NCBI GenBank assembly: GCA_965246715.1
Contig: CBDFFH010000009.1
Coordinates: 64,001 to 128,000, forward strand
Length of the DNA: 64,000 bases
Direction: 5' to 3'
DNA from: Chamaesiphon sp.
GTDB lineage: Bacteria > Cyanobacteriota > Cyanobacteriia > Cyanobacteriales > Chamaesiphonaceae
How positions within the stretch are numbered: the stretch's first letter is position 1; each line of letters starts with the position of its first letter. A model generated the notes under the pieces. That model was not told the origin of the DNA. It saw only the letters and a program-made list of their open reading frames with translations, and ran no database searches. A program made the translations under genes and the position numbers. Shown here in pieces: positions 44,520-54,726 of this stretch.

Positions 44520-44795
44520 ATGAAAAACTTGGTTTTCTTCACCCTCATCATCATTCCAGGTTCGATCGGCGCGATACTTTCTGGCTATTGGGGATATGCT
44601 GATTGGATTAGACTCGCCGAAGCCGAACGCAATTTCCAACAATTAGTGATTAGCAAAGCCAACCAACGAGAGTTATTTATTGCCGCTCATCGCGAAAATA
44701 TCCATCGCCTCAATGTTGCTGCCGAAGGCGTTTGGATCGGGTTGGGACTAATTACAACTGGAATAGGATTAATCGGGATAATCGATAGAGAGTAG
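44520..44795 (+). CDS. Small two-TM hypothetical protein
   Basis: HRLNVAAEGVW between two hydrophobic segments. Confidence 0.7.
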   Translation: MKNLVFFTLIIIPGSIGAILSGYWGYADWIRLAEAERNFQQLVISKANQRELFIAAHRENIHRLNVAAEGVWIGLGLITTGIGLIGIIDRE

Positions 44796-44890
44796 GGCAA
44801 GTTCTATGTCTTGATTCAGAGTTATTAGTTAGTAATTTATATCCCCAAATAATCGCTATTCGCTAACCACTATTCACTAATTACTATCCT

Positions 44891-45469
44891 GTGCCGCAAG
44901 TTTCTTTAAATCAGTTAATTAATGCAGCTCAAGCTGGCGAGCTAATTAGTTTTCCTACCGATACAGTTCCGGCATTGGCGACACTTCCAGACCGCGCTGA
45001 ATTAATCTTTCAAGCCAAACAGCGCAGTCAAGATAAGCCGTTGATTTTAATGGTAGGGGAAGTAGCAGACATATGGCAATTTACCAATGGAACCGATCGC
45101 GAGTTGGCGATTTGGCGCACGATTGCCGATCGATATTTACCAGGTGCGCTGACATTAGTTTTACCAGCATCCGATCTCATTCCTGCTGTTATGAATCCAC
45201 TGGAAAATAACACGATCGGTTTGCGAGTTCCGGCACACGATTTGGCTCGATCGATCCTGCGGGAAACTGGTGCTTTAGCAACTACCAGTGCTAATTTATC
45301 TGGGCAGCCACCATTATTGACGATGGCAGAGATCGGTCGGTATTTTCCGCAAGTTGTTGTTTTAGATAACGATGGCGAGGCGCTCGATCGCGGACAACCT
45401 TCGACAGTTATAAAATGGCATGAATCTGGATGGCAATTATTACGCCAAGGCGCGGTTGTATTTACATAA
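44891..45469 (+). CDS. tsaC: Threonylcarbamoyl-AMP synthase (Sua5/YrdC)
   Basis: FPTDTV, K.R...KPL, PGALT, TTSANLSG. Confidence 0.92.
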   Translation: MPQVSLNQLINAAQAGELISFPTDTVPALATLPDRAELIFQAKQRSQDKPLILMVGEVADIWQFTNGTDRELAIWRTIADRYLPGALTLVLPASDLIPAVMNPLENNTIGLRVPAHDLARSILRETGALATTSANLSGQPPLLTMAEIGRYFPQVVVLDNDGEALDRGQPSTVIKWHESGWQLLRQGAVVFT

Positions 45470-45471
45470 TT

Positions 45472-46230
45472 GTAAAATTGTAGGGTGGGCACTGCCCACA
45501 GCATCGATTTTGGTTATGCAAATAAATGTAATCTGCTCGTTAATATGGAGATGGATATTATCTCGATCGAGATAATAAATTCTATTCACTTATTGTTTGA
45601 AAACGGTTTAAATTCTGCTGCTGGGTATCGCGATTGACGCTGTGGGCACTGCCCACCCTACGGAATGAAATGACTTATCCATAAACCTGAAGCTGACCGA
45701 AAATATTTAGTCAAAACTGACAATACAAAACGTCAGGCTGATATAAATTCAATTATAACTGTTGGTAAAGTCGCACTCTTTTTTAAATTTGATTGGGGAT
45801 TTCTCGCTCCATTAATTTCTCAATACATCAGGATAAATCACCATAAAATTGACTATTATATTCGTGGTCTGGATTTCTACGATCGATATCTAGCTAAAAG
45901 TTGAGGAATGCTTGTCACCCCTTCAGCTTAGATTCTACTGGTGGATATCGCGATTGACTGCTGCTCTAAAAAATAATATCATCAATATCAATTATATTTT
46001 CTTGATTGTTATTACTCTCAATATCTCAAAGATAAGAATAGTAAAATTGTAGGGTGGGCACTGCCCACAGCATCGATTTTGGCTGTACAAATAAATGTAA
46101 TTCGATCGTTAATATGGAGATGAATATTGTCTCGATCGAGGCAATAAATTCTATTCAACAATTATTTTAAAACGGTTTAAATTCTGCTGTTGGGTATCAT
46201 GATTGATGCCGTGGGCAGTGCCCACCCTAC
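45472..46230. repeat. Two about 185-bp direct copies, each bounded by inverted GTAG REPs (REPIN-like)
   Basis: 45480-45661 and 46049-46230 are highly similar; ends GTAGGGTGGGCACTGCCCAC / GTGGGCA(C/G)TGCCCACCCTAC. Confidence 0.85.
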
Positions 46231-46573
46231 AGAATAAAATAACTGGATAATTTGGCAGTTCTCTAAAGAGAACTTTAGCTATTAGCCCCAAATTCATTTG
46301 AGGGCGGTGCAGAAACGAAGCTAGGAGTCATTAAGCAAAAATCCTTAACACCAACCAAATAATGCCATATGACCGATCGCTCATGTATAATTTCAGACAA
46401 ATTGCCGATTGTGACAACCCATTACACTGCGCTAGGATAGGCAGCATCGGACTGGCAACTGTAGTTAGTTTCTCGATACCAGTAAATTCTCAGTTCCGTA
46501 GATGAGCCGAAATTAGCTACAATGGGAGGCTGTGTCGTAAATCCACGATCGGTATTCAATTAGGAGGTATTTT

Positions 46574-46810
46574 ATGTCTCGCGTATGTCAACTGACAGGT
46601 AAAAGAGCCAACAACGCTATGGCTGTGTCTCACGCCCACAACCGTACCAAAAAACTGCAACAAGTTAACTTGCAGTGGAAACGCGTCTGGTGGGCTGAGG
46701 GCAATCGCTTCGTCCGTCTGCGTCTATCTACCAAGGCAATCAAAACCATCGAACTCAAAGGTTTAGTTGCAATGGCAAAGGCAGCAGGTGTCAACCTCAA
46801 CAAATGCTAG
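46574..46810 (+). CDS. rpmB: 50S ribosomal protein L28
   Basis: [10 protein letters not shown]...VSH.HNRTK..Q.VNLQ. Confidence 0.98.
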   Translation: MSRVCQLTGKRANNAMAVSHAHNRTKKLQQVNLQWKRVWWAEGNRFVRLRLSTKAIKTIELKGLVAMAKAAGVNLNKC

Positions 46811-46858
46811 ATAACTAGATCCCCCGCTGGGGGTATCTGGCTGTCAGTTTCCGCCTTT

Positions 46859-47449
46859 ATGCTCCAGCCCCAGCGACTTCAATTATTGTCCGACGCTCCC
46901 AGAACCAAACGATATGTCATCAGCCGTTATCTGACCGCTGAAGCTGGCTTTACCATGTCCGAGGTGATTTTAGCCATTTTACTCGTTACTACCTTTGTTG
47001 CAGTTACTTTACAGGGGATGGCGATCGCAATGTTGCTCAAGTCGAAAACCTTGCAGCTAGCTGAAGCCAGTCGGTGGGTGCAAATGGATATCGAGAGCAT
47101 TCGATCGAGCATCACTAGCAGCCACTTACCATTTGGCGCGAATCAGAACTTATGTCATCCGCACACAGCGGATTTAGGATTCGCCGATCTGATTAGAGAT
47201 AATTTAGCTGGGGGAAATGTTACAGGGACTGCTGACTATGATTTAGTGCCGTTGGTAACCACCAGTGTCACGAGCAAGACGTTTCAAATTGCTCGGAAGC
47301 TGAGTATCCCCACAACTCCAGAAAATGCTGATGCCAAAATTATCGGCATTGAATATACCGTTAGCCCCAGTAATGGCGCTAATCTAGAGCAGCCAATTTT
47401 CCACTTTTATACTGAGGTAATGCCCGATGCTGCACTCCAATGTCAGTAA
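46859..47449 (+). CDS. Type IV minor pilin (prepilin cleavage site)
   Basis: G|FTMSE followed by hydrophobic helix. Confidence 0.8.
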   Translation: MLQPQRLQLLSDAPRTKRYVISRYLTAEAGFTMSEVILAILLVTTFVAVTLQGMAIAMLLKSKTLQLAEASRWVQMDIESIRSSITSSHLPFGANQNLCHPHTADLGFADLIRDNLAGGNVTGTADYDLVPLVTTSVTSKTFQIARKLSIPTTPENADAKIIGIEYTVSPSNGANLEQPIFHFYTEVMPDAALQCQ

Positions 47450-47918
47450 AGATCGTGGCTTTACTTTAATGGAATCATTAATCGTACTCGCGATCGTCGG
47501 GATTTTATTGGCGATGGGGATTCCGAGCCTACTCGCCGCTCAAAATCGGGCTAAGTTGGCACAATCCACAGATATGGTAGTAGCCAGTCTGCAAGAATCG
47601 CAGCGCGAAGCCATTCGTCGCAATAAAAGTTGCATTCTCACTTTAGATAAAGTTAATAACAAAATTGTCGGCGATGATGGCTGTTTATTAACTGGAAATC
47701 GTCAGTTACCAGATGCGATCGATCTCGACTATACAGGTGCCGATGGTAATATTCGCTATGGAATTCGGGGTAATACGACCAATAATAAGTCTGTAATTTT
47801 AAAGGTTAAAGATAGTCCAACTAATTCACGCTGTTTGACTGTTTCGGCACCGTTGGGAATTATTCGCTTGGGTAGTTACGATGCAGGGACTAATGCATGT
47901 CGGAAGCTGAGTAATTAA
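47427..47918 (+). CDS. Type IV minor pilin, FimT/GspH-like
   Basis: G|FTLME...GIPS; Q.EAIRRN. Confidence 0.85.
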   Translation: MLHSNVSKDRGFTLMESLIVLAIVGILLAMGIPSLLAAQNRAKLAQSTDMVVASLQESQREAIRRNKSCILTLDKVNNKIVGDDGCLLTGNRQLPDAIDLDYTGADGNIRYGIRGNTTNNKSVILKVKDSPTNSRCLTVSAPLGIIRLGSYDAGTNACRKLSN

Positions 47919-48044
47919 TGAGATCGTGTCAATAGCCATTTGACATAATTATACATCATCGATCGATCGATTAATTCAGATAAATTACAATTTCTACAAA
48001 TATTATATAAACGTATAATATTTAGAAATCTAGTAAATATTGAG

Positions 48045-49400
48045 ATGAATATCGGCAGAGCGGGGTCGAAGTTGCGATCGAAATACGATCTAGCAGTCGT
48101 TAGAATTCGCCATAATTTGCGCGGTTCGCATCAGTCACAAGCTGGCTTCACCATGCCTTTGGCACTGGGGATGGGATTGATGATGATAATTGTCGCAGCT
48201 AGCATCATCGGACGCTCGCAAAGCGATCGAACGACCACTAATTTCCAAAAAGAAAGTCATCGAGCATTAAATGTCTCTGAAGCTGGCATCGTCAGAGTCC
48301 AATCGTTTCTCGATCGCCACAAATTTTTAGCAACTAAAAATTTAAATACTTGGGTAAATACACTCGATCTATTACCATCTACTCAGGCAGGATGTGGATC
48401 GATTAATTTTACACAGGCAAGACAACAAGCACAATTATTTGAAAATGGTAACTGGCTCGATCTCGATGCTACCAATCCTAAGAAAGGCCGTTATAAAATA
48501 ATCGATTATCAATATCAAAATGGCAGCGCTAAATTAACTATTGCCAGCGAGATCGCTCCTTATAATAGTACTCAAAATAGTTCTGGTAGTAGACTGCTCG
48601 TAGAAATTCCGATCGGGAGTGAGTCCGCGAATATTTCACCACCAGCATTATGGGCGAATACATTCAATCTCAGCTCGGCTCAAAAAATTACTGGACAAAT
48701 TAGAGCGGTGACTTGTCCGTTACCACCACTGAGCGATCCTGATGGTGTGGTAGGAGTAGACCAAAGTAATCTTAACCTCATTAGTGGATTACCGATTGGC
48801 AAGATTATCGCCGATCCATTTACTGCAATTCCGCTGCCTAAAGTTGCACCCACTACAGCAATTTTAATCCCGGCAATTACCAGTTCGATTCAATTTCCGC
48901 GAATTGGATTTACCGATTTGCCCGATGCGAATAATGAATATCATTATTTAGTAGATATCGATAGTCTGAGTTCTGGATATTCGATTAAATTGCAGGATAT
49001 CGATACGCTCAAAATTAATGTGTTACCCAACCATAAAGTCAATCTTTATCTCAAGGGTAATATCGCGCTAGCTGGCAGTCAGACGATCGGTGTCGATCCG
49101 ACTCATCCTAATCTCCGCATCTATGGTAGCAGCCAAACGACCAAATTAACGATTAAAAATAATGCAGCGATTACGGCATTTATCCATGCACCGCTAGCCG
49201 ATGCTCAAAGTCTTAGTGCCACTCCCAGCCTCGGTAGTGGGATCAGAGGGGCAATCTGGGTCAAAAGTTGGGACTCGGTTACAAGTGCGAACGATCTGCC
49301 GATTATTCAAACAGGCACTTGGGCAGATTTGGGCTTGAAAAAAGTAGAACAACCACCCCAACTCAGTCCGATTAGTTATTGGCATCGATTAGAAAATTAA
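48045..49400 (+). CDS. PilX/GspK-like large minor pilin
   Basis: G|FTMPL lacking Glu5; ALNVSEAGI. Confidence 0.75.
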   Translation: MNIGRAGSKLRSKYDLAVVRIRHNLRGSHQSQAGFTMPLALGMGLMMIIVAASIIGRSQSDRTTTNFQKESHRALNVSEAGIVRVQSFLDRHKFLATKNLNTWVNTLDLLPSTQAGCGSINFTQARQQAQLFENGNWLDLDATNPKKGRYKIIDYQYQNGSAKLTIASEIAPYNSTQNSSGSRLLVEIPIGSESANISPPALWANTFNLSSAQKITGQIRAVTCPLPPLSDPDGVVGVDQSNLNLISGLPIGKIIADPFTAIPLPKVAPTTAILIPAITSSIQFPRIGFTDLPDANNEYHYLVDIDSLSSGYSIKLQDIDTLKINVLPNHKVNLYLKGNIALAGSQTIGVDPTHPNLRIYGSSQTTKLTIKNNAAITAFIHAPLADAQSLSATPSLGSGIRGAIWVKSWDSVTSANDLPIIQTGTWADLGLKKVEQPPQLSPISYWHRLEN

Positions 49401-49459
49401 TAGTTACTAGCAACTTAACACTCGAACTAAAGTTATTGATATGTATGCAGTTATTTAAT

Positions 49460-50173
49460 ATGAAGAAGTGCCAGCACGATCGAGGATTTACCTTAGTTGA
49501 ATTGTTAGCAGCATTAACAATTACGGGATTGGTGCTTAGCTTGGCTGGCAGCGGTTTATATAACCTAATGAAAGCGAACGAACGCAATCAAGCAGAGATA
49601 ACAGAGCGATTGGAACTCGAACAAGCATTAGCTTTTATGACGGATGAGATCGGCATGTCGCAACAAGTTGCCACTAATATTCCGACTCCACCAGCGAATA
49701 TCACTGGTTTTCAAGCAGCATCCGGTGCCAGTAACATCCAACCTATTTTAGTCCTGAGTCCCCCTGCAACTAGTAGACTAGACAAACCGATCGTGTATTA
49801 TTTAGCCGATCCGCCCAATAGTAGTGTCTGGCTGGGGCCGAGAGTTATTTATCGTTGGGGGCCGACACTGCTCCAAAATGGTAATTATAGCGATGGTAAT
49901 GGGGTGGAAGCGGCGACACTGGCACCGGGTTCGCCAGTATCATATTATAACGAGGTAGTAGTCGATCGGATGAGCGATGTCGCTCCAGCTTCAGCCAATA
50001 TTCCCTGTGAGACTAGTTATAGTTATGCTACACCTGTGTTGACTAATCGTTTGGGTTTTTATGCTTGTGTCGCACCCGATCGCAAGTCGGTGAAGTTATG
50101 GATGTATAAACAGCCAAATTCATCCGGTCGAACTCAATCTATTAATGCTTTAGTATTAACTCGCAGTAATTAA
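49460..50173 (+). CDS. Type IV minor pilin, PilW-like
   Basis: G|FTLVELL; ATG at 49460 preferred as start. Confidence 0.82.
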   Translation: MKKCQHDRGFTLVELLAALTITGLVLSLAGSGLYNLMKANERNQAEITERLELEQALAFMTDEIGMSQQVATNIPTPPANITGFQAASGASNIQPILVLSPPATSRLDKPIVYYLADPPNSSVWLGPRVIYRWGPTLLQNGNYSDGNGVEAATLAPGSPVSYYNEVVVDRMSDVAPASANIPCETSYSYATPVLTNRLGFYACVAPDRKSVKLWMYKQPNSSGRTQSINALVLTRSN

Positions 50174-50316
50174 TCGGGAGTATACCACTCGATCGAATCC
50201 AGCAGGAGAATTGTGATTTTGGAACAGCGTCTCGCTCTCGATTGACTTAGATTGCTGTTGTAGATAGCAAGCTATTAGGGAACACTCATTGTATCCGCCA
50301 ATTTCTCAGTTTTACC

Positions 50317-51309
50317 ATGTTGCAACCCAAGCCTAGTGAAGATGATGCCATTTTAGGTGGACAAACTCCACCACCTATAGATGCTGCTGTTTTAGGTGGT
50401 GGTATTGTTGGAGCAAAATTACAAATAGCAAATGAATGGGGAATGAGTTATGAATTAGTAAATAGATTGAGCCAGACTCATCAAATATTTAGCTTTGAAA
50501 CAGTAAAGGTTAGTGAGTTTGGAGAGATTGTTCAACGCACAAAAAAATCTGCATTTTATTACACAGAAAATATCGGAAATGAGATCGCATTAGATATGGT
50601 ATACGTTCCGTCGGGAAGCTATATAATGGGTTCGCCAGCAAGGAAGAGTGATGATGACGATAACAACGAGATAATTAGCTATCGAGAAACCCCTCAGAGG
50701 TTAGTTAATATCCCCGCTTTTTACATGGCAAAGCATCTAACTACTCAAGAACAATATCAAGCTATAATGGCAGAGAATCCATCTAAATTTAGAGGTAATA
50801 AACGTCCCGTAGAACAAGTTGATTGGTCTAAAGCAAGACAATATTGTAATAACTTAAAACAAAGGACTAACAAAAAATATGTTCTACCTAGTGAAAGTCA
50901 GTGGGAATATGCCTGTAGAGCTGGAACGGATACATTGTTTTATTGTGGTGATATAATAACTAACGATTTAGCTAATTACAATAGCAAATTCAGTTGTAAC
51001 AATCAACAACTAGGAGTGAATATACCACAAACAACCGACGTAGATAAGTTTCCGCCTAACAGCTTTGGTTTGTATGATGTACATGGAAATGTATCAGAAT
51101 GGTGTGCAGATTTACGGAGTACAACTTATCAAAATGCGCCGACAGAGGTACATGAAGATAGTTGGTGGTCTGTGTGGAATAGAGGCGATCGTATGTTACG
51201 AGGTGGTTCTTGGTTTAGTGGGTTAGATGATTGTCGTTCAGCCTCTCGAACTAGTGGGTTTCAAATTCCTAGCCATGTAGGATTTCGAGTTGCGTGTCTT
51301 TTAGAATGA
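50317..51309 (+). CDS. Formylglycine-generating enzyme (FGE-sulfatase) domain protein
   Basis: LPSESQWEYACRAGT, NSFGLYDVHGNVSEW, RGGSW, GFRV. Confidence 0.9.
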   Translation: MLQPKPSEDDAILGGQTPPPIDAAVLGGGIVGAKLQIANEWGMSYELVNRLSQTHQIFSFETVKVSEFGEIVQRTKKSAFYYTENIGNEIALDMVYVPSGSYIMGSPARKSDDDDNNEIISYRETPQRLVNIPAFYMAKHLTTQEQYQAIMAENPSKFRGNKRPVEQVDWSKARQYCNNLKQRTNKKYVLPSESQWEYACRAGTDTLFYCGDIITNDLANYNSKFSCNNQQLGVNIPQTTDVDKFPPNSFGLYDVHGNVSEWCADLRSTTYQNAPTEVHEDSWWSVWNRGDRMLRGGSWFSGLDDCRSASRTSGFQIPSHVGFRVACLLE

Positions 51310-51400
51310 ACAAATTAGACAGATAGAACAATCGTGATACTGTTTCCTTGACGATCGGGCACAATAAAATAACCGAAGCAATCCCAAATCTCAAATCCCC

Positions 51401-51502
51401 ATGCTTCCCCCCAGCAATCAAGAAATCGTCGATCGACTAGACCTCATGCTGCGGGCGCGGTATCTGTTGATTTATATCGTCGGTGCCGAAGAAGAACCGA
51501 TC
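51401..51502 (+). pseudogene. Diverged duplicate of the first about 100 bp of the AAA ATPase gene at 52638
   Basis: Shares CAAGAAATCGTCG...ATGCTGCGGGCGCGGTATC...TATATCGTCGGTGCCGAAGAAGAACCGATC. Confidence 0.85.
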
Positions 51503-51524
51503 TATTTTCCCTAGCACGATCGAT

Positions 51525-52530
51525 ATCCGCGCTGAAATGGAATTTCGCGCTCATAGCTAAAGTTATCTGAAGATAACTACACAGATCTCTAGAGTTCGTG
51601 TCAACGAACTTATGCTCTCAGCCCCAAATTCATTTGAGGGCTTGGATCTATGCTAAATTCTAGCAGTTATTAGCGAGATCGACTGCAATGGGACATGCCC
51701 ACGATCGCCTTATCCAAATCCAATTTCAAATAATTTGTTAACATTCGATCGAATCTTGGGCATATTAACAAACGAAATGCCAATATTTTATACATGCCGC
51801 TTTGGAGATTATTCTATCATCTGGCTTGGGCGACTAAAGATCGACAACCACTAATTAGCCCACACCACGAACGAATCCTCTATCCACATATTCAAGGAAA
51901 AGCTGATTTTCTCGAATGTCAATTACATGCGATCGGTGGTATCGAAGACCATATTCATCTCATTGTTTCAATCCCACCTAAGCTATCTATTTCAGATTTT
52001 GCCAAACGGATTAAAGGTAGTAGTTGCCGTTATTTAAACCAAGAGATTGCAGAAGATAGCTATGTATTTGCATGGCAACATGAATATGCGGTGTTTTCGT
52101 TGGGCGAACAAAGATTAGAATGGGCGATCGCATATGTTGAAAATCAAAAACAACATCATGCAGCCGAAAAGCTAGTCAAAGTACTAGAACAAACAGAGCC
52201 AAGTTGAGGGGTATTAGTGGGATGCGACATCCGCGCTGAAATGGAATTTCGCGCTCACAGCCAAAGTCATCTGAAGATAACTACGCAGATCTCTTAGTTC
52301 GTTTCAACGAACTTACGCTCTTAGCCCCGAATTCATTCGAGGGCTTAGATCTCCACTAAATTCTATCGGCTATTAGTGGGATGCGACATCCGCGCTGAAA
52401 TGGAATTTCGCGCTCATAGCCAAAGTTATCTGAAGATAACTACACAGATCTCTTAGTTCGTGTCAACGAACTTACGCTCTCAGCCCCAAATTCATTTGAG
52501 GGCTTGGATCTCCACTAAATTCTAGAGACT
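51525..52530. repeat. Three copies of a multi-hairpin repeat flanking tnpA
   Basis: Copies start at 51525, 52229 and 52388 (159-bp tandem period). Confidence 0.9.
51794..52207 (+). CDS. tnpA: IS200/IS605-type Y1 HUH transposase, no tnpB
   Basis: YHLAWATK.R, DHIHL (HUH), IKGSS, WQ..Y..FS, YVENQ. Confidence 0.9.
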   Translation: MPLWRLFYHLAWATKDRQPLISPHHERILYPHIQGKADFLECQLHAIGGIEDHIHLIVSIPPKLSISDFAKRIKGSSCRYLNQEIAEDSYVFAWQHEYAVFSLGEQRLEWAIAYVENQKQHHAAEKLVKVLEQTEPS

Positions 52531-52637
52531 ATTGGCGCGATCGCCAACCAATTCGATAGCATTTCGCCCCCAACAGGGCAGAATAACTCCAGCATCTAAA
52601 ATAATAATTAGGCTCAATCCAAAATCCAACATCCAAA

Positions 52638-54233
52638 ATGTCCTTCCCCCCCAGCCATCAAGAAATCGTCGAAAAAATAGACCTAATGCTGCGGGCGCGG
52701 TATCCCCTGATTTATATCGTCGGTGCCGAAGAAGAACCGATCGAAACCGTACTCATCCAAGTAGCTGACAAATCCCAACCAGCGCGAGAACTCCGATTTT
52801 GGGATATCGTCAGAGGTTGGAGCGACAATGGAGCCGATAAAGGTTCGGCAATTGCCGCATTAGGGCGAGTTGCTAAAGCTCCCGCCGATAAACCCGCGAT
52901 CTTTGTCTTGCAAGACTTGCATCCCGTCTTGAAATCTCCCCTCCAGCCGCCCCACGTTCCGATCGTGCGGGAGATCAAGAACCTCACCCGCGAACTCAAA
53001 CGCAGCCGAAAAACGCTGATTTTAACCAGCTATTCCCTCGACGTACCGCCAGAATTTATTGAAGAGACAACCACGATCGATTTTCCGCTCCCCGATGCTA
53101 GTGAAATCGATTATCTGATCTCCCAATTAGTCGTCCCCGATCGACTCAAACTCTCCCCGCTCGGGAGAGAGCAATTAGTCAAAGCCTGTCAGGGATTGAG
53201 TCGGGCGCGGATTCAACGCGTCTTAGCTGCCGCCCTCGCCGCCAAACAGCAGGTGACGGAACAAGATATCGATCGAGTGTTGGAAGCCAAGCAACAAGCC
53301 ATTCGCCAAACCGGAATCCTCGAATTTTTTACCACACAAGAATCGCTCAAGAGCGTCGGCGGCTTGGATAACCTCAAACAATGGGTGCGGATGCGTCAGG
53401 ATGCCTTTACAGAGGAAGCTAGGCGCTATGGAATACCCAATCCCAAGGGGGTGCTACTCGCAGGAATCCAGGGTACAGGGAAATCCCTCTCAGCAAAAAC
53501 GATCGCGCATGAGTGGCGATTGCCCCTATTGCGGTTGGATGCGGGGCGGTTATTTGGCGGGTTGGTGGGGGAGAGTGAGAGCAAAGTCCGTCAGATGATT
53601 CGGATTGTCGAAGCTGTCGCGCCTTGCGTGTTGTGGATGGATGAAATCGACAAGGCGTTTGGGAATATCAATGGGGGGTTCGATGGCGATTCGGGGACGA
53701 GTCGGCGGGTATTTGGCAGTTTGATTACCTGGATGCAGGAAAAAACCAGTCCGGTATTTATCGTCGCGACGGCGAATAACGTTCAAATTTTACCTGCGGA
53801 ATTGTTACGCAAAGGACGATTCGATGAGATCTTTTTCTTGAATCTACCGACAGAAACCGAGCGGTTAGAAATCTTTCGCGTACATCTTCAAAAACTCCGC
53901 CCCAGTAGATTGCGCGAATTTAACCTCGAATTATTAGCCCGACATTCGCTAGATTATAGTGGTGCCGAAATCGAACAAGCGATCGTCGAAGGAATGCAAC
54001 AGGCGTTTAGTCGCGGCACGATTGGCAATCGATCGGATTTCAATACCGAAGATATCATCCGCGCCTTAGAAGAAACTGTACCATTAGCCTCGATCGCGCG
54101 TCCACAAATCGACGCACTCAAACAATGGGCAGCTACCGCTGGCGCACGTCCAGCTTCGATCGATCGGAAGTTAGCTGAAGAGCTACGGCAAGTTAGCAAA
54201 AGGCGGGGCATCGATCCTCTGGAAGTCGATTGA
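52638..54233 (+). CDS. AAA+ ATPase, Ycf46-like
   Basis: GIQGTGKS, LWMDEIDK, LLRKGRFDEIFF. Confidence 0.9.
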   Translation: MSFPPSHQEIVEKIDLMLRARYPLIYIVGAEEEPIETVLIQVADKSQPARELRFWDIVRGWSDNGADKGSAIAALGRVAKAPADKPAIFVLQDLHPVLKSPLQPPHVPIVREIKNLTRELKRSRKTLILTSYSLDVPPEFIEETTTIDFPLPDASEIDYLISQLVVPDRLKLSPLGREQLVKACQGLSRARIQRVLAAALAAKQQVTEQDIDRVLEAKQQAIRQTGILEFFTTQESLKSVGGLDNLKQWVRMRQDAFTEEARRYGIPNPKGVLLAGIQGTGKSLSAKTIAHEWRLPLLRLDAGRLFGGLVGESESKVRQMIRIVEAVAPCVLWMDEIDKAFGNINGGFDGDSGTSRRVFGSLITWMQEKTSPVFIVATANNVQILPAELLRKGRFDEIFFLNLPTETERLEIFRVHLQKLRPSRLREFNLELLARHSLDYSGAEIEQAIVEGMQQAFSRGTIGNRSDFNTEDIIRALEETVPLASIARPQIDALKQWAATAGARPASIDRKLAEELRQVSKRRGIDPLEVD

Positions 54234-54298
54234 TTGGGGATTGGGGATTGGGGATTGTGGATTGGGCATTTTACGTTTAGATGTCAAGATTTGGGTTT

Positions 54299-54685
54299 AT
54301 GAATCAGCAGGAGTTTAAGAATAGGACTAAACAGTTGGCGATAAGAACAATTAAGATGGTTGAATCATTGCCTCAAACTACCACAGCACAAGTTATTGGT
54401 AAACAGGTCTTGAGATCGTCTACATCTGTTGGTGCCAATTACAGAGCAGCGTGTAGAGCAAAGTCTACACCAGATATGCTTTATAAACTTGCCATCGTTG
54501 AAGAAGAGGCCGACGAAACCTCATATTGGTTAGAATTATTAGTAGAAGCACAAATCGTCCCCACAGCCCGGCTTAAAAACCTGATGTCCGAAGTTGATGA
54601 AATCACCGCCATGATTGTCTCCTCCATCAAAACCCTCCGCCAAAAGTCAAAAGTATCTAACCCCAAATCAAATAATCTTCGTTAA
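54299..54685 (+). CDS. Four-helix-bundle protein (23S rRNA IVS-protein family)
   Basis: KQVLRSSTSVGANYRAACRA...EEEADETSYWLELL. Confidence 0.9.
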   Translation: MNQQEFKNRTKQLAIRTIKMVESLPQTTTAQVIGKQVLRSSTSVGANYRAACRAKSTPDMLYKLAIVEEEADETSYWLELLVEAQIVPTARLKNLMSEVDEITAMIVSSIKTLRQKSKVSNPKSNNLR

Positions 54686-54726
54686 AACTCACTCTTTCAA
54701 TCTGCAATCCCAAATCCGAAATTCCT

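Noticed and set aside
51525..52530. CRISPR array
   Set aside because: Units are long (up to 159 bp) with no unique spacers, and there are no cas genes
54299..54685. Diversity-generating retroelement (Avd-like gene, FGE-domain protein nearby)
   Set aside because: No reverse transcriptase and no TR/VR pair with adenine-specific mismatches seen
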